NCBI GenBank assembly: GCA_963726245.1
Contig: CAVSBT010000003.1
Span: 1-45,548 of the forward strand
From: an uncultured Chloroflexia bacterium
GTDB taxonomy: Bacteria > Chloroflexota > Dehalococcoidia > DSTF01 > JALHUB01
Reading direction: 5' to 3'
Length of the DNA: 45,548 nucleotides
This document shows positions 32,371-40,644 of the stretch, piece by piece. The notes below the pieces were generated by a model. That model worked only from the letters and a program-made list of their open reading frames with translations. It was not told the origin of the DNA and ran no database searches. The translations under genes and the position numbers were made by a program. Positions within the stretch are counted from its first letter, which is position 1, and the number at the start of each line of letters is the position of its first letter.

Positions 32371-32595
32371 GTGAGCAGCGTGGCTGTCGAGAAGTCAATC
32401 GCGTCATCTAGCCTGGTCGAGGTGGTCGACCGCATCCTGGACAAGGGTATCGTCATCGATGCCTGGGTGAGGGTCTCCCTGGTGGGTATCGAGCTCCTGG
32501 CCGTTGAGGCAAGGGCGGTAGCCGCCGGAGTGGACACTTTTCTGAAGTATGCGGAGGCCATCGGTCTCACGCCGCTGGCGGCGCCCCCGGCTTAG
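32371..32595 (+). CDS. gvpA: Major gas vesicle structural protein
   Basis: [55 protein letters not shown], with gaggag RBS. Confidence 0.97.
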   Translation: MSSVAVEKSIASSSLVEVVDRILDKGIVIDAWVRVSLVGIELLAVEARAVAAGVDTFLKYAEAIGLTPLAAPPA

Positions 32596-32625
32596 TCGGT
32601 AGACATCCGCATCCAAGGATAAGAG

Positions 32626-32704
32626 CGGTGCCTGGTCGGGGACTCCCCCCAACGCTGCAGGCTCCCGGCGCAACGAACGCATGAGGGAGCCCCGACCGGC
32701 ACCG
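32626..32704 (+). promoter_or_regulatory. Long stem-loop downstream of gvpA
   Basis: cggtgcc(t)ggtcgggg(a)ctccc pairs with gggagccccgaccggcaccg. Confidence 0.6.
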
Positions 32705-32757
32705 TGAGAGCTTAGACCGAACTCTTGCGAAGAGTCAACGAGGAAGGAGGAGGAGCC

Positions 32758-33744
32758 ATGCCGACTGCAAGTGACATGGCGCGCTTGGGAAGCATACTCA
32801 GATCAGGGCACCGTCAGAGGCAAGCGGCGGGCGCCGCCGTGAGAGCGGCTGTCGGTGCGATGAAGGTCGAAGCGCGGCAGTTCGTGGGCGACCTGCGCGA
32901 CCAGGACGAGGCCCGCAGAGGAGCGGTGCAGGAGCACGCCGAGGAGACCAGACGCTTCATGGACGAGCTCCACGCCGAGACCCGGGCCCGGAAGCGCGAC
33001 ACACGGCGACACGCCGCTCAGACCGGCCGGTTCGTGGGCCGCCTCCACGACAAGAGCCAGACCCGGAAACGCGACATGCAGCGACACGCCGCCCGGACCG
33101 GACGCTTAGTCGAGCAGCTCCACGGGCAGAGCCAAGCCCGCGCGCGCGATGCGCAGCGCCACGCCGCCGAAACCGGGGATTTCATCCACGAACTGCACCT
33201 GGGGTCGCTCGGGCGCCACAGCGAAGAGCAGAAGCACGCTGCTGAGACCGGGCGGTTCATGGCTCAGCTCCATCGGCAGAGTCGGTCCCGGCGACGCAAC
33301 ATGCTCCGGCATGCCGCAGAGACGGCGGGCTTCGTTCGCCATCTTCACGTTGTCAGCCGGGAGCGCCAGCATGAGGTGGGTCACCTCTTGGGGCAGACGC
33401 GCCAGCTCATGGCCGGGCTGAACCTCATCACGAAGAAGGCGCAGGCCGAGTGGCGGCGTCAACTGTCCGCCATCGACTCTGGTCGGCGAAGGGATGGCGC
33501 AGGACCTGTGGTGTCACCCCGAAGCGGCCCGACCGTCGTGGAAGCCAAGAGCGAGCCGCGGAGCAAGCGAAACGTAACCAGCCGCATGCTGGCGTACGTC
33601 GGCGGGCACCCCGGCGCCAAGCTCACGGAGATGGAAAGGGCGCTCAGGATCAACAGGTTAGAGTCCGCCCGCACAGTCCACGCGTTGCTCAACCGGGGCA
33701 AGATCCGGCGAGACAAGGAGACGAGGCAGTACTTCCCCGCCTAG
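32758..33744 (+). CDS. GvpC-like helical repeat protein (25-aa His-rich repeats) with C-terminal winged-HTH-like domain
   Basis: Lies between gvpA and gvpN, with aggaggagg RBS. Tandem HAAET..F...LH repeats. Family assignment is positional and structural. Confidence 0.7.
   Translation: MPTASDMARLGSILRSGHRQRQAAGAAVRAAVGAMKVEARQFVGDLRDQDEARRGAVQEHAEETRRFMDELHAETRARKRDTRRHAAQTGRFVGRLHDKSQTRKRDMQRHAARTGRLVEQLHGQSQARARDAQRHAAETGDFIHELHLGSLGRHSEEQKHAAETGRFMAQLHRQSRSRRRNMLRHAAETAGFVRHLHVVSRERQHEVGHLLGQTRQLMAGLNLITKKAQAEWRRQLSAIDSGRRRDGAGPVVSPRSGPTVVEAKSEPRSKRNVTSRMLAYVGGHPGAKLTEMERALRINRLESARTVHALLNRGKIRRDKETRQYFPA
32860..33384 (+). repeat. Seven in-frame 75-nt tandem repeats
   Basis: Units start at 32860, 32935, 33010, 33085, 33160, 33235 and 33310. 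Units 2-7 begin cacgc/catgc (His-Ala). Confidence 0.85.
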
Positions 33745-33779
33745 AGGGAGGGATGCGCCAGAAGTAGGAGGAACCACCC

Positions 33780-34760
33780 GTGGCCACTCGGACGCGTGAC
33801 CTGCAAGTAGAGACTCTTGCGGGCGGGGGAAATGGAGACTTCGCGCCGCCGGTCGACGAGGCCGCGTTCGAAGCCCTGGCCCGTCCGGCTTTCGTCGAGA
33901 CCCCGTTCGTGCGGAGCATCGTCCAGCGCGCCCTGGCGTACACGGGCCAGGGTCTTTCCGTCCACTTCCGCGGCCCCACGGGCTGCGGCAAGACGACGCT
34001 GGCCATTCACCTGGCGGAGCAATTGGGCCGGCCGATGATCATCGTCAGCGGCGACGAGGAGTACCTCACCTCGGACCTGGTTGGCGGCGAGCACGGCTAC
34101 GAGCGGAGGCGGACCGTCGACAACTTCATCCACTCGGTCGTAAAGACCGAGGACCGCGTCGACTACCGCTGGGTCGATAGCCGGCTCACCATAGCCTGTC
34201 AGGAAGGCTACACTCTCGTCTACGATGAGTTCAACCGCTCCCGACCCGAGGCCAACAACATCTTCCTGCCCGTCTTGGAAGAGAGGATCCTGATCCTTCC
34301 CACCATCAGGAGTGGGAAGGGCCACCTGCGGGTCCACCCGAACTTCTCGGTCATCTTCACCAGCAACCCAAAGGAGTATGCAGGCGTGCACGCCAGCCAG
34401 GACGCTCTCCTGGACCGGATGATCACCCTGGATCTCAAGCACTTTGACCGCGACACGGAGGTTGCCATCACCCAGTCCCGGACAGGACTCCCTCAGGGCC
34501 GGGTGGAAGTCATCGTGGACCTGGTGAGGACGCTCCGGGAGGCGACGGAGGGTCAGTGTGACCCTACTGTGCGGGCCTGCATCATGATCGGCAAGGTCAT
34601 GGCGGCGCGAAGTCGAAACGGCGGCGGGCCCTCGTTCGAGCAGGTGTGCATAGACGTGCTGGCCAAGGAGATAAACCCCGGCGGAAGGCCGGGCGACGAC
34701 AGAAGGCAGGTCCTGCTGGAGCTGGTCCGGGCATCCCGCTGGGGCCAGGCTCGACGCTAG
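33780..34760 (+). CDS. gvpN: Gas vesicle AAA+ ATPase
   Basis: VHFRGPTGCGKTTLA, VDNFIHSVVK, WVDSRLT, YDEFNRSRPEANN, TSNPKEYAGVH..QDALLDR. Confidence 0.95.
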   Translation: MATRTRDLQVETLAGGGNGDFAPPVDEAAFEALARPAFVETPFVRSIVQRALAYTGQGLSVHFRGPTGCGKTTLAIHLAEQLGRPMIIVSGDEEYLTSDLVGGEHGYERRRTVDNFIHSVVKTEDRVDYRWVDSRLTIACQEGYTLVYDEFNRSRPEANNIFLPVLEERILILPTIRSGKGHLRVHPNFSVIFTSNPKEYAGVHASQDALLDRMITLDLKHFDRDTEVAITQSRTGLPQGRVEVIVDLVRTLREATEGQCDPTVRACIMIGKVMAARSRNGGGPSFEQVCIDVLAKEINPGGRPGDDRRQVLLELVRASRWGQARR

Positions 34761-34805
34761 CCTGTCGGGTGCGGCGAGGCGGAAGGTATCGAACGGAGGA
34801 AGCCC

Positions 34806-35171
34806 ATGAAACAGGATGAACCTGATGGTGTCGCCAGGGGGCTCAGGGCGTTGCCAACCAAGACTGTCGAGCACGTCCGCTCGGCGCACGACGTGAGGCA
34901 CCAGACCACGATGCGTCACTCGACGGGCGAGGGCGACCCCTACAAGCAGCTCCAGCGCCTCGCGCGGGAGAAGGAGAGCCTGGAACGGCGCCTTCTTATC
35001 TGGCTGAGCCAGAAGGAGCGAACGGAAGCGCAGATCGCCGCCATCGCCCGCGAGCAGGCCCGTATCGTGGACGCGCTGGAGCCCCAGGTCCGCAGGGAGG
35101 CGGCAGGGTTCCGGCCGGGGCCCGGCTCCTTCCAGCCGGTTTCGTTGGAACGGAGAAGCAGGGCAGGCTAG
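34806..35171 (+). CDS. Coiled-coil protein downstream of gvpN (positionally GvpV-like)
   Basis: ggagg RBS and heptad segment YKQLQRLAREKESLERR..IAAIAREQ. Confidence 0.6.
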   Translation: MKQDEPDGVARGLRALPTKTVEHVRSAHDVRHQTTMRHSTGEGDPYKQLQRLAREKESLERRLLIWLSQKERTEAQIAAIAREQARIVDALEPQVRREAAGFRPGPGSFQPVSLERRSRAG

Positions 35172-35253
35172 CCGGGGCGGCTTTGCGAGCGAGTCGTGCC
35201 CAGCAGGCGGCGTTCGTGCAGGACGTCGCGTTGCCATATGGAGGTGGCTAAGG

Positions 35254-35814
35254 ATGCCGACCCAGAAGCGTGGAGGAAAGAAGAGGGAAGAGAGGCCGGA
35301 GTTCGACCCCGGGCTCGGGCTCGGCGGCATGTTCAAGGGGCTCGGCAGCTTCATCGAGCTCCTCACCGAGATGGCCGAGAAAGGCGAGACCCTCGCAGAG
35401 CGGAGCGGGGAGATTCACGGTCTGCGCGAGGGAATGCGGGGCGTCTACGGCTTCAACGTTCGCATGGGCCTCGGCGGCACGCCGCAGGTGCAGCAGTTCG
35501 GGAACGTGCATGCCACCAGCGAGGGGCCAGTCGTGGACGAGGTGCGGGAGCCCATGGTGGACGTCTTCGACGAGGGCGACTCCATCCTGGTGGTAGCGGA
35601 GATGCCAGGCATCGGCATCAAGGACATCGTGATCGACGTGAAGGGCGACGTGCTCTCTATCTCCACCATGTCGACGGCCGCCAGGAAATACGCCAAGGAA
35701 GTGTTGCTGCCCGCGGCGGTCAGCGTCGCCACTCAGCGGAGCACCTTCAAGAACGGCGTCCTGGAGCTCCGCTTTGGCAAGGCCGGAGGGAAGAGGCCTC
35801 GCGCGAAGAGATAG
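35254..35814 (+). CDS. Hsp20/alpha-crystallin protein (GvpH-like, archaeal-type N-terminus)
   Basis: VYGFNVRMG..QQFGNV, REPMVDVFDE..VVAEMPG, YAKEVLLP, FKNGVLEL. Confidence 0.88.
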   Translation: MPTQKRGGKKREERPEFDPGLGLGGMFKGLGSFIELLTEMAEKGETLAERSGEIHGLREGMRGVYGFNVRMGLGGTPQVQQFGNVHATSEGPVVDEVREPMVDVFDEGDSILVVAEMPGIGIKDIVIDVKGDVLSISTMSTAARKYAKEVLLPAAVSVATQRSTFKNGVLELRFGKAGGKRPRAKR

Positions 35815-35821
35815 AGTCAGG

Positions 35822-36916
35822 ATGATTCAGGCAGCCCGCGACGAAGCCTACGTCTACGGCATCATCCCCACGGGCGAAGCTATCAGCTTCGACTGCGCCA
35901 CCGTGGGCGGACGCGGCGACCGCGCTCACACCGTCGCCCACCGCGATATCGCCGCCGTAGTGAGCGCCTGCGCTCCCACAGACTACGCCGCCTTGAGCCG
36001 TGACCGGCTGCTCAACGAGCTCGCGCGGCACCAGCAGGCGATCGAGCACTTGCTCCAGCGCTTCCCCGTCCTCCCCATGAAGTTTGGGATGGTGATCGAG
36101 AGCGAAGAACGAATAGCAACGCTCCTGCGCCTGGGCTACGACGACTTCCGTCGCGCTCTGGACAGCCTCAGGGACAAGGTGCAGTTTGAGCTGGTCGCCA
36201 CCTGGGAACTGGCATCAGTATTGGAGGACGTGGCCCGCGAGAAGCCTATCGCGGAGCTCAAGGGTAGCATCGGCGGCGACTCGTCGCCGGCCGGCATCCA
36301 GGACAGGGTGCGCCTGGGCGAGATGGTGAAGCGGTCCCTCGACCGGCGACGCCAGGAGTACGAGGAGGCGGCGCTTCGGCGGCTTGCCCCTTGCTCCCTG
36401 GAGCTTCGCCGGAACCCCTTGTTCGACGATAGCCTGGTGATGAACCTGGCAGCGCTGCTGGAGACGAGGCGGCAGGATGAGTTCGATCGCGCCCTGGACA
36501 CGCTGGACCAGGAAGTGGGCGGCCGCCTGGCCTTTCGGCGCGTCGGCCCTCTGCCACCGTACAGCTTCAGCACCGTCGAGGTCCATCCGATCGCCCGGGC
36601 CAAGGTCGACGAGGCGCGCCGCCTGCTGGGCATAGGCGGGAGCGCCAGCGTCTCGGAGATCAAGAGGGCCTATCGCCAGCTCGCCCGCCGGTTTCACCCC
36701 GATGCCCATCGCGGCGACCGCGATGGCGACGGCGACGCGCGCTTCGCTGAGATCAAGGGGGCCTCGAACCTGCTCTTGAACTGCTGCCGGGCGCAGCTCG
36801 CGCGGCGGGAGAACGGGTCGCGCCCCGCTGACGACCAACCGTGCTCGTTTGAGCCTGACGCCATCGATGAGACCGTGCTCATAACCATTGGCCCGGCCGG
36901 AGGCGATGCCCTGTGA
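35822..36916 (+). CDS. GvpL/GvpF-family protein fused to a C-terminal J-domain
   Basis: YVYGII, HQQAIE, VLPMKFG, GPLPPYSF, then ARRLLG..EIKRAYRQLARRFHPD. Confidence 0.88.
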   Translation: MIQAARDEAYVYGIIPTGEAISFDCATVGGRGDRAHTVAHRDIAAVVSACAPTDYAALSRDRLLNELARHQQAIEHLLQRFPVLPMKFGMVIESEERIATLLRLGYDDFRRALDSLRDKVQFELVATWELASVLEDVAREKPIAELKGSIGGDSSPAGIQDRVRLGEMVKRSLDRRRQEYEEAALRRLAPCSLELRRNPLFDDSLVMNLAALLETRRQDEFDRALDTLDQEVGGRLAFRRVGPLPPYSFSTVEVHPIARAKVDEARRLLGIGGSASVSEIKRAYRQLARRFHPDAHRGDRDGDGDARFAEIKGASNLLLNCCRAQLARRENGSRPADDQPCSFEPDAIDETVLITIGPAGGDAL

Positions 36917-37737
36917 GGGACGCACGCGACGGCAGGGATGGCCAGCCGATCTACCTCTACTGCCTGATCAGGAGCGAGGAAGAGCAGCCGTTCTCCACCA
37001 AACCGCTGAAGACGCGAGGCATCGGCGGCAACGGCAGCGCCATCCACACTGTCCGCTTCGAAGACCTGGCCTTCGTTGTCAGCGACTGCGACGACTTCAA
37101 GTACGACGCCACTCGCGAGAATACCGTCTGTCACCAGAGGGTCATCGAGGAGGTGATGGACAGAGGCTTCAGCCCGCTGCCGGTGAGGTTCGCCACCATC
37201 GCCACGGCCGGCGTCGCCACGAGCGATGAACGTATCCGCCGCGTGCTGAAGAGACGGTTCGGTGAGTTTCAGGGCCTCCTTGGAGACATGGAGGGCAAGG
37301 TGGAGGTCGGACTGAAGGTCTTCTGGAGCAAGGCCCGCCTGTTCGACGATGTCGTCTCGGAGTACCGGCAGGTGCGGGTGCTGCGGGACCGCATCGCCGG
37401 CCGGCCTTCCTCAGGCCTGGCGTGGAGGGACGAGAGGATCCAGCTCGGCACCCTGGTCAACAGCGCCATCGAGGACAAGCGCGGCCGTGAGGCCCCGCTG
37501 CTGGTCCGGCCGCTCCGCCCGATCGCCTACGACTACAAGACGAACAAGATCATGACCGACACGATGGTGCTCAACGGCGCGTTCCTCATCTACAAGGAGC
37601 GCCTCGCTGAGTTCGACGCCGCAGTGAACGGGCTGGATGAGAGGTACGGCGACCGCATGAAGTTCAACTACGTGGGCTGCCTGCCCCCGTTCAACTTCAT
37701 CGAGATCGTGATCCGCTGGGATGATGGGGATGAGTAG
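36913..37737 (+). CDS. gvpF: GvpF/GvpL-family protein
   Basis: YLYCLI, HQRVIE, LPVRF, KVEVGLKVFW, LNGAFL, LPPFNF. Confidence 0.85.
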   Translation: MRDARDGRDGQPIYLYCLIRSEEEQPFSTKPLKTRGIGGNGSAIHTVRFEDLAFVVSDCDDFKYDATRENTVCHQRVIEEVMDRGFSPLPVRFATIATAGVATSDERIRRVLKRRFGEFQGLLGDMEGKVEVGLKVFWSKARLFDDVVSEYRQVRVLRDRIAGRPSSGLAWRDERIQLGTLVNSAIEDKRGREAPLLVRPLRPIAYDYKTNKIMTDTMVLNGAFLIYKERLAEFDAAVNGLDERYGDRMKFNYVGCLPPFNFIEIVIRWDDGDE

Positions 37738-37764
37738 AAGGTCTGTCGATGAGCGGCCCTGGTC

Positions 37765-37827
37765 TGTCACCCTGAGCGAAGCGAAGGGTCTCACTGAAGG
37801 AGATTCTTCGCTGCGCTCAGAATGACG
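37765..37827. repeat. Long hairpin of GAGC-n-CGAA repeat family B
   Basis: gtcaccctgagcgaagcgaagggtctc pairs imperfectly with gagattcttcgctgcgctcagaatgac. Confidence 0.75.
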
Positions 37828-37879
37828 GGGACAGCGGGTGCGTCTGGCTCTTCCGGACAGCGGTTTGCAGGAGGGGAAC

Positions 37880-38275
37880 ATGGCACAGAAGATAGCGACC
37901 AGACAGCGGCCGACCAGGGTTCGACAAGCCAGCCTGACCCGTGTCAGGTGCGCCTATTGCCAGGGCCGGGGGAAGGACCCCTTCGGCGTTCCGTCGCGGC
38001 TCTCGAGCTGTGGCGTCTGCGGCGGAAGTGGCGTCGTGGAGGTTGAAGCGCCCTTCCGCGCGTGCCTGTTCTGCTCGGGGACCGGTGTGCGCCCGCACAG
38101 CCGCCTCAACTGCACCGCGTGCAAAGGCAGGGGCGTCATCCCAGTCAAGGAGCCGGTAGAGACCTGCCCGGTCTGCGGCGGCGAGGGCAGGGACCGCCGC
38201 GGCGACATGCAGCTTTACTGCGCCACATGCGGGGGGGCTGGCGTGGTGACCAAGCAGAAGGCCAAGGCGCCATGA
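37880..38275 (+). CDS. Stand-alone DnaJ-type zinc-finger protein (six CxxCxGxG motifs)
   Basis: CAYCQGRG, CGVCGGSG, CLFCSGTG, CTACKGRG, CPVCGGEG and CATCGGAG, with ggagg RBS. Confidence 0.85.
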   Translation: MAQKIATRQRPTRVRQASLTRVRCAYCQGRGKDPFGVPSRLSSCGVCGGSGVVEVEAPFRACLFCSGTGVRPHSRLNCTACKGRGVIPVKEPVETCPVCGGEGRDRRGDMQLYCATCGGAGVVTKQKAKAP

Positions 38276-38291
38276 GGGGTGAGCGGCGGCC

Positions 38292-38612
38292 ATGATCTTC
38301 GGAGGGCTTCTGGAGTCCTACATCCTATACAAGGTGCTCAAGACCGCAAACGGCGTCCTAACCTTGCCCGTCACGGGCCCCTACAAAGGCATGAAGGGCC
38401 TCCTCGAAGAGATTCATAGCGAGGTGCAGCGGGAGCAGCTCGACGAGGACCGGATCACGTCGAAGCTTATGGAGCTCCAGCTCCAGCTCGAGCTGGAAGA
38501 GATCGATCAGGTGGAGTATGACCGCCAGGAGAAGGAGCTAATGGGGCATCTCGCCGCCGTGCGAGAGTACAAGCGAAGAATGGAGGAGGAAGGCCGCCGC
38601 GTTGACTTCTGA
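38292..38612 (+). CDS. gvpG: Gas vesicle protein G
   Basis: LPVTGPYKG...I...V..E..DE..I...L..L...LE..EI...EY...E..L pattern. Confidence 0.85.
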   Translation: MIFGGLLESYILYKVLKTANGVLTLPVTGPYKGMKGLLEEIHSEVQREQLDEDRITSKLMELQLQLELEEIDQVEYDRQEKELMGHLAAVREYKRRMEEEGRRVDF

Positions 38613-38667
38613 GAGGCGGCCGCGACCATCGATCGGTAGCGCACAAATCCCGGGAAGGAGGCCCAAT

Positions 38668-39174
38668 ATGGCTGAAGGGATATCAGACGGCAGGGCAAGG
38701 ACACAGGACGAGGTGGCGGCCGCCCGTCGCGCGGCCATGCTCAGGCTGGCTATCCAGGATCAGGATGCAAAGCGCTACGCCCAGGCCCTCGATATGTACC
38801 GTCAGCTCATCGAAGGCTACCCAGGCACAGAAGAGGAGTGCGAGGCGCGGGAGCGGATGCTGGACCTGGCCCATCTCTTCGCCGAGAGCCAGCCCTACCG
38901 GATGCTGAGCGTGTACAACAGCCTGGAGACCATGTACGCCCCGACGAGCGTCGAGCGGCAGACCGCCGCTCGCAGGGAGCGCGTCAAGGCCATCCTGCAG
39001 GAGGTACACGAGCAGGACGAGCGCGAGGCGGCGGCTGAGGCGCGGATCGAGGCTATCCGAGACGGCGCCCCGTCCGCACCGGAGCCTCCCCCGATGCCGC
39101 CTGAGAGCAACACGCCGGCGCGCGAGCCTCAGAGGAGGCCGGCACGCCGGCAAGGGGGTGCCGCCGTTGTCTAG
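38668..39174 (+). CDS. Helical TPR-like protein
   Basis: aaggagg RBS. YAQALDMYRQLIEGYPGTEE..AR resembles a TPR helix pair. Confidence 0.6.
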   Translation: MAEGISDGRARTQDEVAAARRAAMLRLAIQDQDAKRYAQALDMYRQLIEGYPGTEEECEARERMLDLAHLFAESQPYRMLSVYNSLETMYAPTSVERQTAARRERVKAILQEVHEQDEREAAAEARIEAIRDGAPSAPEPPPMPPESNTPAREPQRRPARRQGGAAVV

Positions 39175-39550
39175 GGAACTTGTGCCTCAGCGGGAGAGCG
39201 TCGGCAGCGTGGTCGACGTCATCGACGCCATACTGGACAAAGGGCTCGTGATCAACTCCGACATCATGGTGTCGGTGGTGGGCGTCGAGCTCCTCGGCAT
39301 CAAGATTCGGGCTGCCCTCGCCTCCTTCGAGACCGCAGCCAGGTACGGGCTGGAGTTCCCCTCCGGGACGAACCTGGAGCTGCCTGCCTGGCAGGAAGCG
39401 CGGTTGCCGAAAGAAACCTGCCCTCAGTGCGAGAAGCGGGTCGACAGCAGGGAGCTGCTGGAGATGGGCTGCCCCTGGTGCGGGTGGCTCAGCGCCCGCG
39501 CCGAGGCGCCGGTCATCGAGAGAATGGCCGCAAGCCCCGCGAAAGGATAA
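39158..39550 (+). CDS. gvpJ: GvpJ-like (GvpA family) protein with C-terminal Zn ribbon
   Basis: DAILDKGLVINSDIMVSVVGVELLGIKIRAALASFETAARYGLEFP, then CPQC..CPWC. Confidence 0.82.
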   Translation: MPPLSRELVPQRESVGSVVDVIDAILDKGLVINSDIMVSVVGVELLGIKIRAALASFETAARYGLEFPSGTNLELPAWQEARLPKETCPQCEKRVDSRELLEMGCPWCGWLSARAEAPVIERMAASPAKG

Positions 39551-39558
39551 CTGAGCCG

Positions 39559-40620
39559 GTGTTGCCCCCGGGGACGGCATATCTGCCGGCCAGCTTCAAC
39601 CAGTCATCTCTGGTGGACCTGCTGGACCGTGCGCTCGACAAGGGGGTCGTGGTATCGGCGGACCTCGTCGTCTCACTGGCCGGCGTCCCTCTCGTCGGCG
39701 TCAACCTGAGGGCCGCCGTCGCCGGGATGGAGACGATGCTTCGCTACGGTCTCCTGCGCGACTGGGACGCGCGCATACGGGACTGGGAGAGCGGGCACGT
39801 CGAGCAGCGGGAGCCTGCGCTGCTGACTAACGAAACGATGGTCCTGCGCATGTACGGGGCGCTGTGGGCGGCCCACGGCATCTACAGGGCCTGGAAGCCT
39901 GGACACGTCTATCTTACCAACAAGCGGCTCATCTTCTTCCGCGCGCAGCCCGCGGAGACGTTACGGGAGATACCCCTTCACAGCGTAAGCGGCTACGCCG
40001 TCCGGACGGAGGCCCACTTCACCGGCCGCCGGCGAGACCTGGTCTACCTGGCCCTCCGCTCGGGCGGACACGTCTGCTTCTATGCGGAGAGGCACGATGA
40101 GCTGCTGTCCGCGATGGCAACGGAGATGAGCAGCATGGGCCTCCCGCTCGTCGAAGGGGCCGCTCCGGCCTTCGCCGCCCTCGACGAAGAGGCGGCGCTC
40201 GTGGCGGGGGAGGCGATTAAGGCCGAGAGCAAGATGTGGCGCAAGGTTCCTCAACTGGGAATCCTCGGTGACACGTGGAGGCCCGGCAGACTCTACCTCA
40301 CTGACAGCCGGCTCGTCTGGCGGTGCGATACCGACCGGCAGGTCCGGCTGGAAGTGCCTGTGGGGCGCCTGGGCGCCGCCGAGCGTGGAGACGATGGACC
40401 TCGGCGGTCTCATCGGTGAGAGGCCTGTGCTCTCGGTGCAGTACAGCAACTCGCACGGGCTGGAGACGGCCCGTCTCACGGGCGACGGCCTCTGGGAGTG
40501 GAAGCAGGCCATCGAGGCCCTTGCGGAGGGATCAGGAGCCTGCCCTGAGCAGTCGAAGGGGCCTGCCCTGAGCACGTCGAAGGGCCAGTGGTGGCTCTTT
40601 CAGCACCCTGCGAGCGGTAG
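39559..40620 (+). CDS. GvpA-family (GvpJ/M/S-like) protein fused to two PH/GRAM-like domains (frameshifts near 40377 and probably 40552)
   Basis: LVDLLDRALDKGVVVSADL..L.RAAVAGMETMLRYG, then GHVYLTNKRLIF and GRLYLTDSRLVW. The end coordinate is inferred after frame correction. Confidence 0.72.
40538..40584 (+). repeat. Tandem pair of family B units inside the CDS tail
   Basis: gcctgccctgagcagtcgaaggg (23 nt) followed by gcctgccctgagcacgtcgaaggg (24 nt). Confidence 0.75.
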
Positions 40621-40644
40621 ACCGGCCGGGAAAGGAGTCTCAGC

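Noticed and set aside
32860-33384. CRISPR array
   Set aside because: Degenerate in-frame coding repeats, with no constant repeat/unique spacer pattern and no cas genes.
119-40620. About 18 frameshifts (folE x2, GNAT x2, mshA, PIG-L, SWIM, nuoG, nuoF, nuoCD x3, nuoB x2, ligD, CDC48, gvp-PH x2) as pseudogenes or programmed frameshifting
   Set aside because: They are small indels in otherwise intact conserved genes, with no in-frame stops or shared slippery motif. Most simply explained as long-read consensus errors. Read mapping would settle it.
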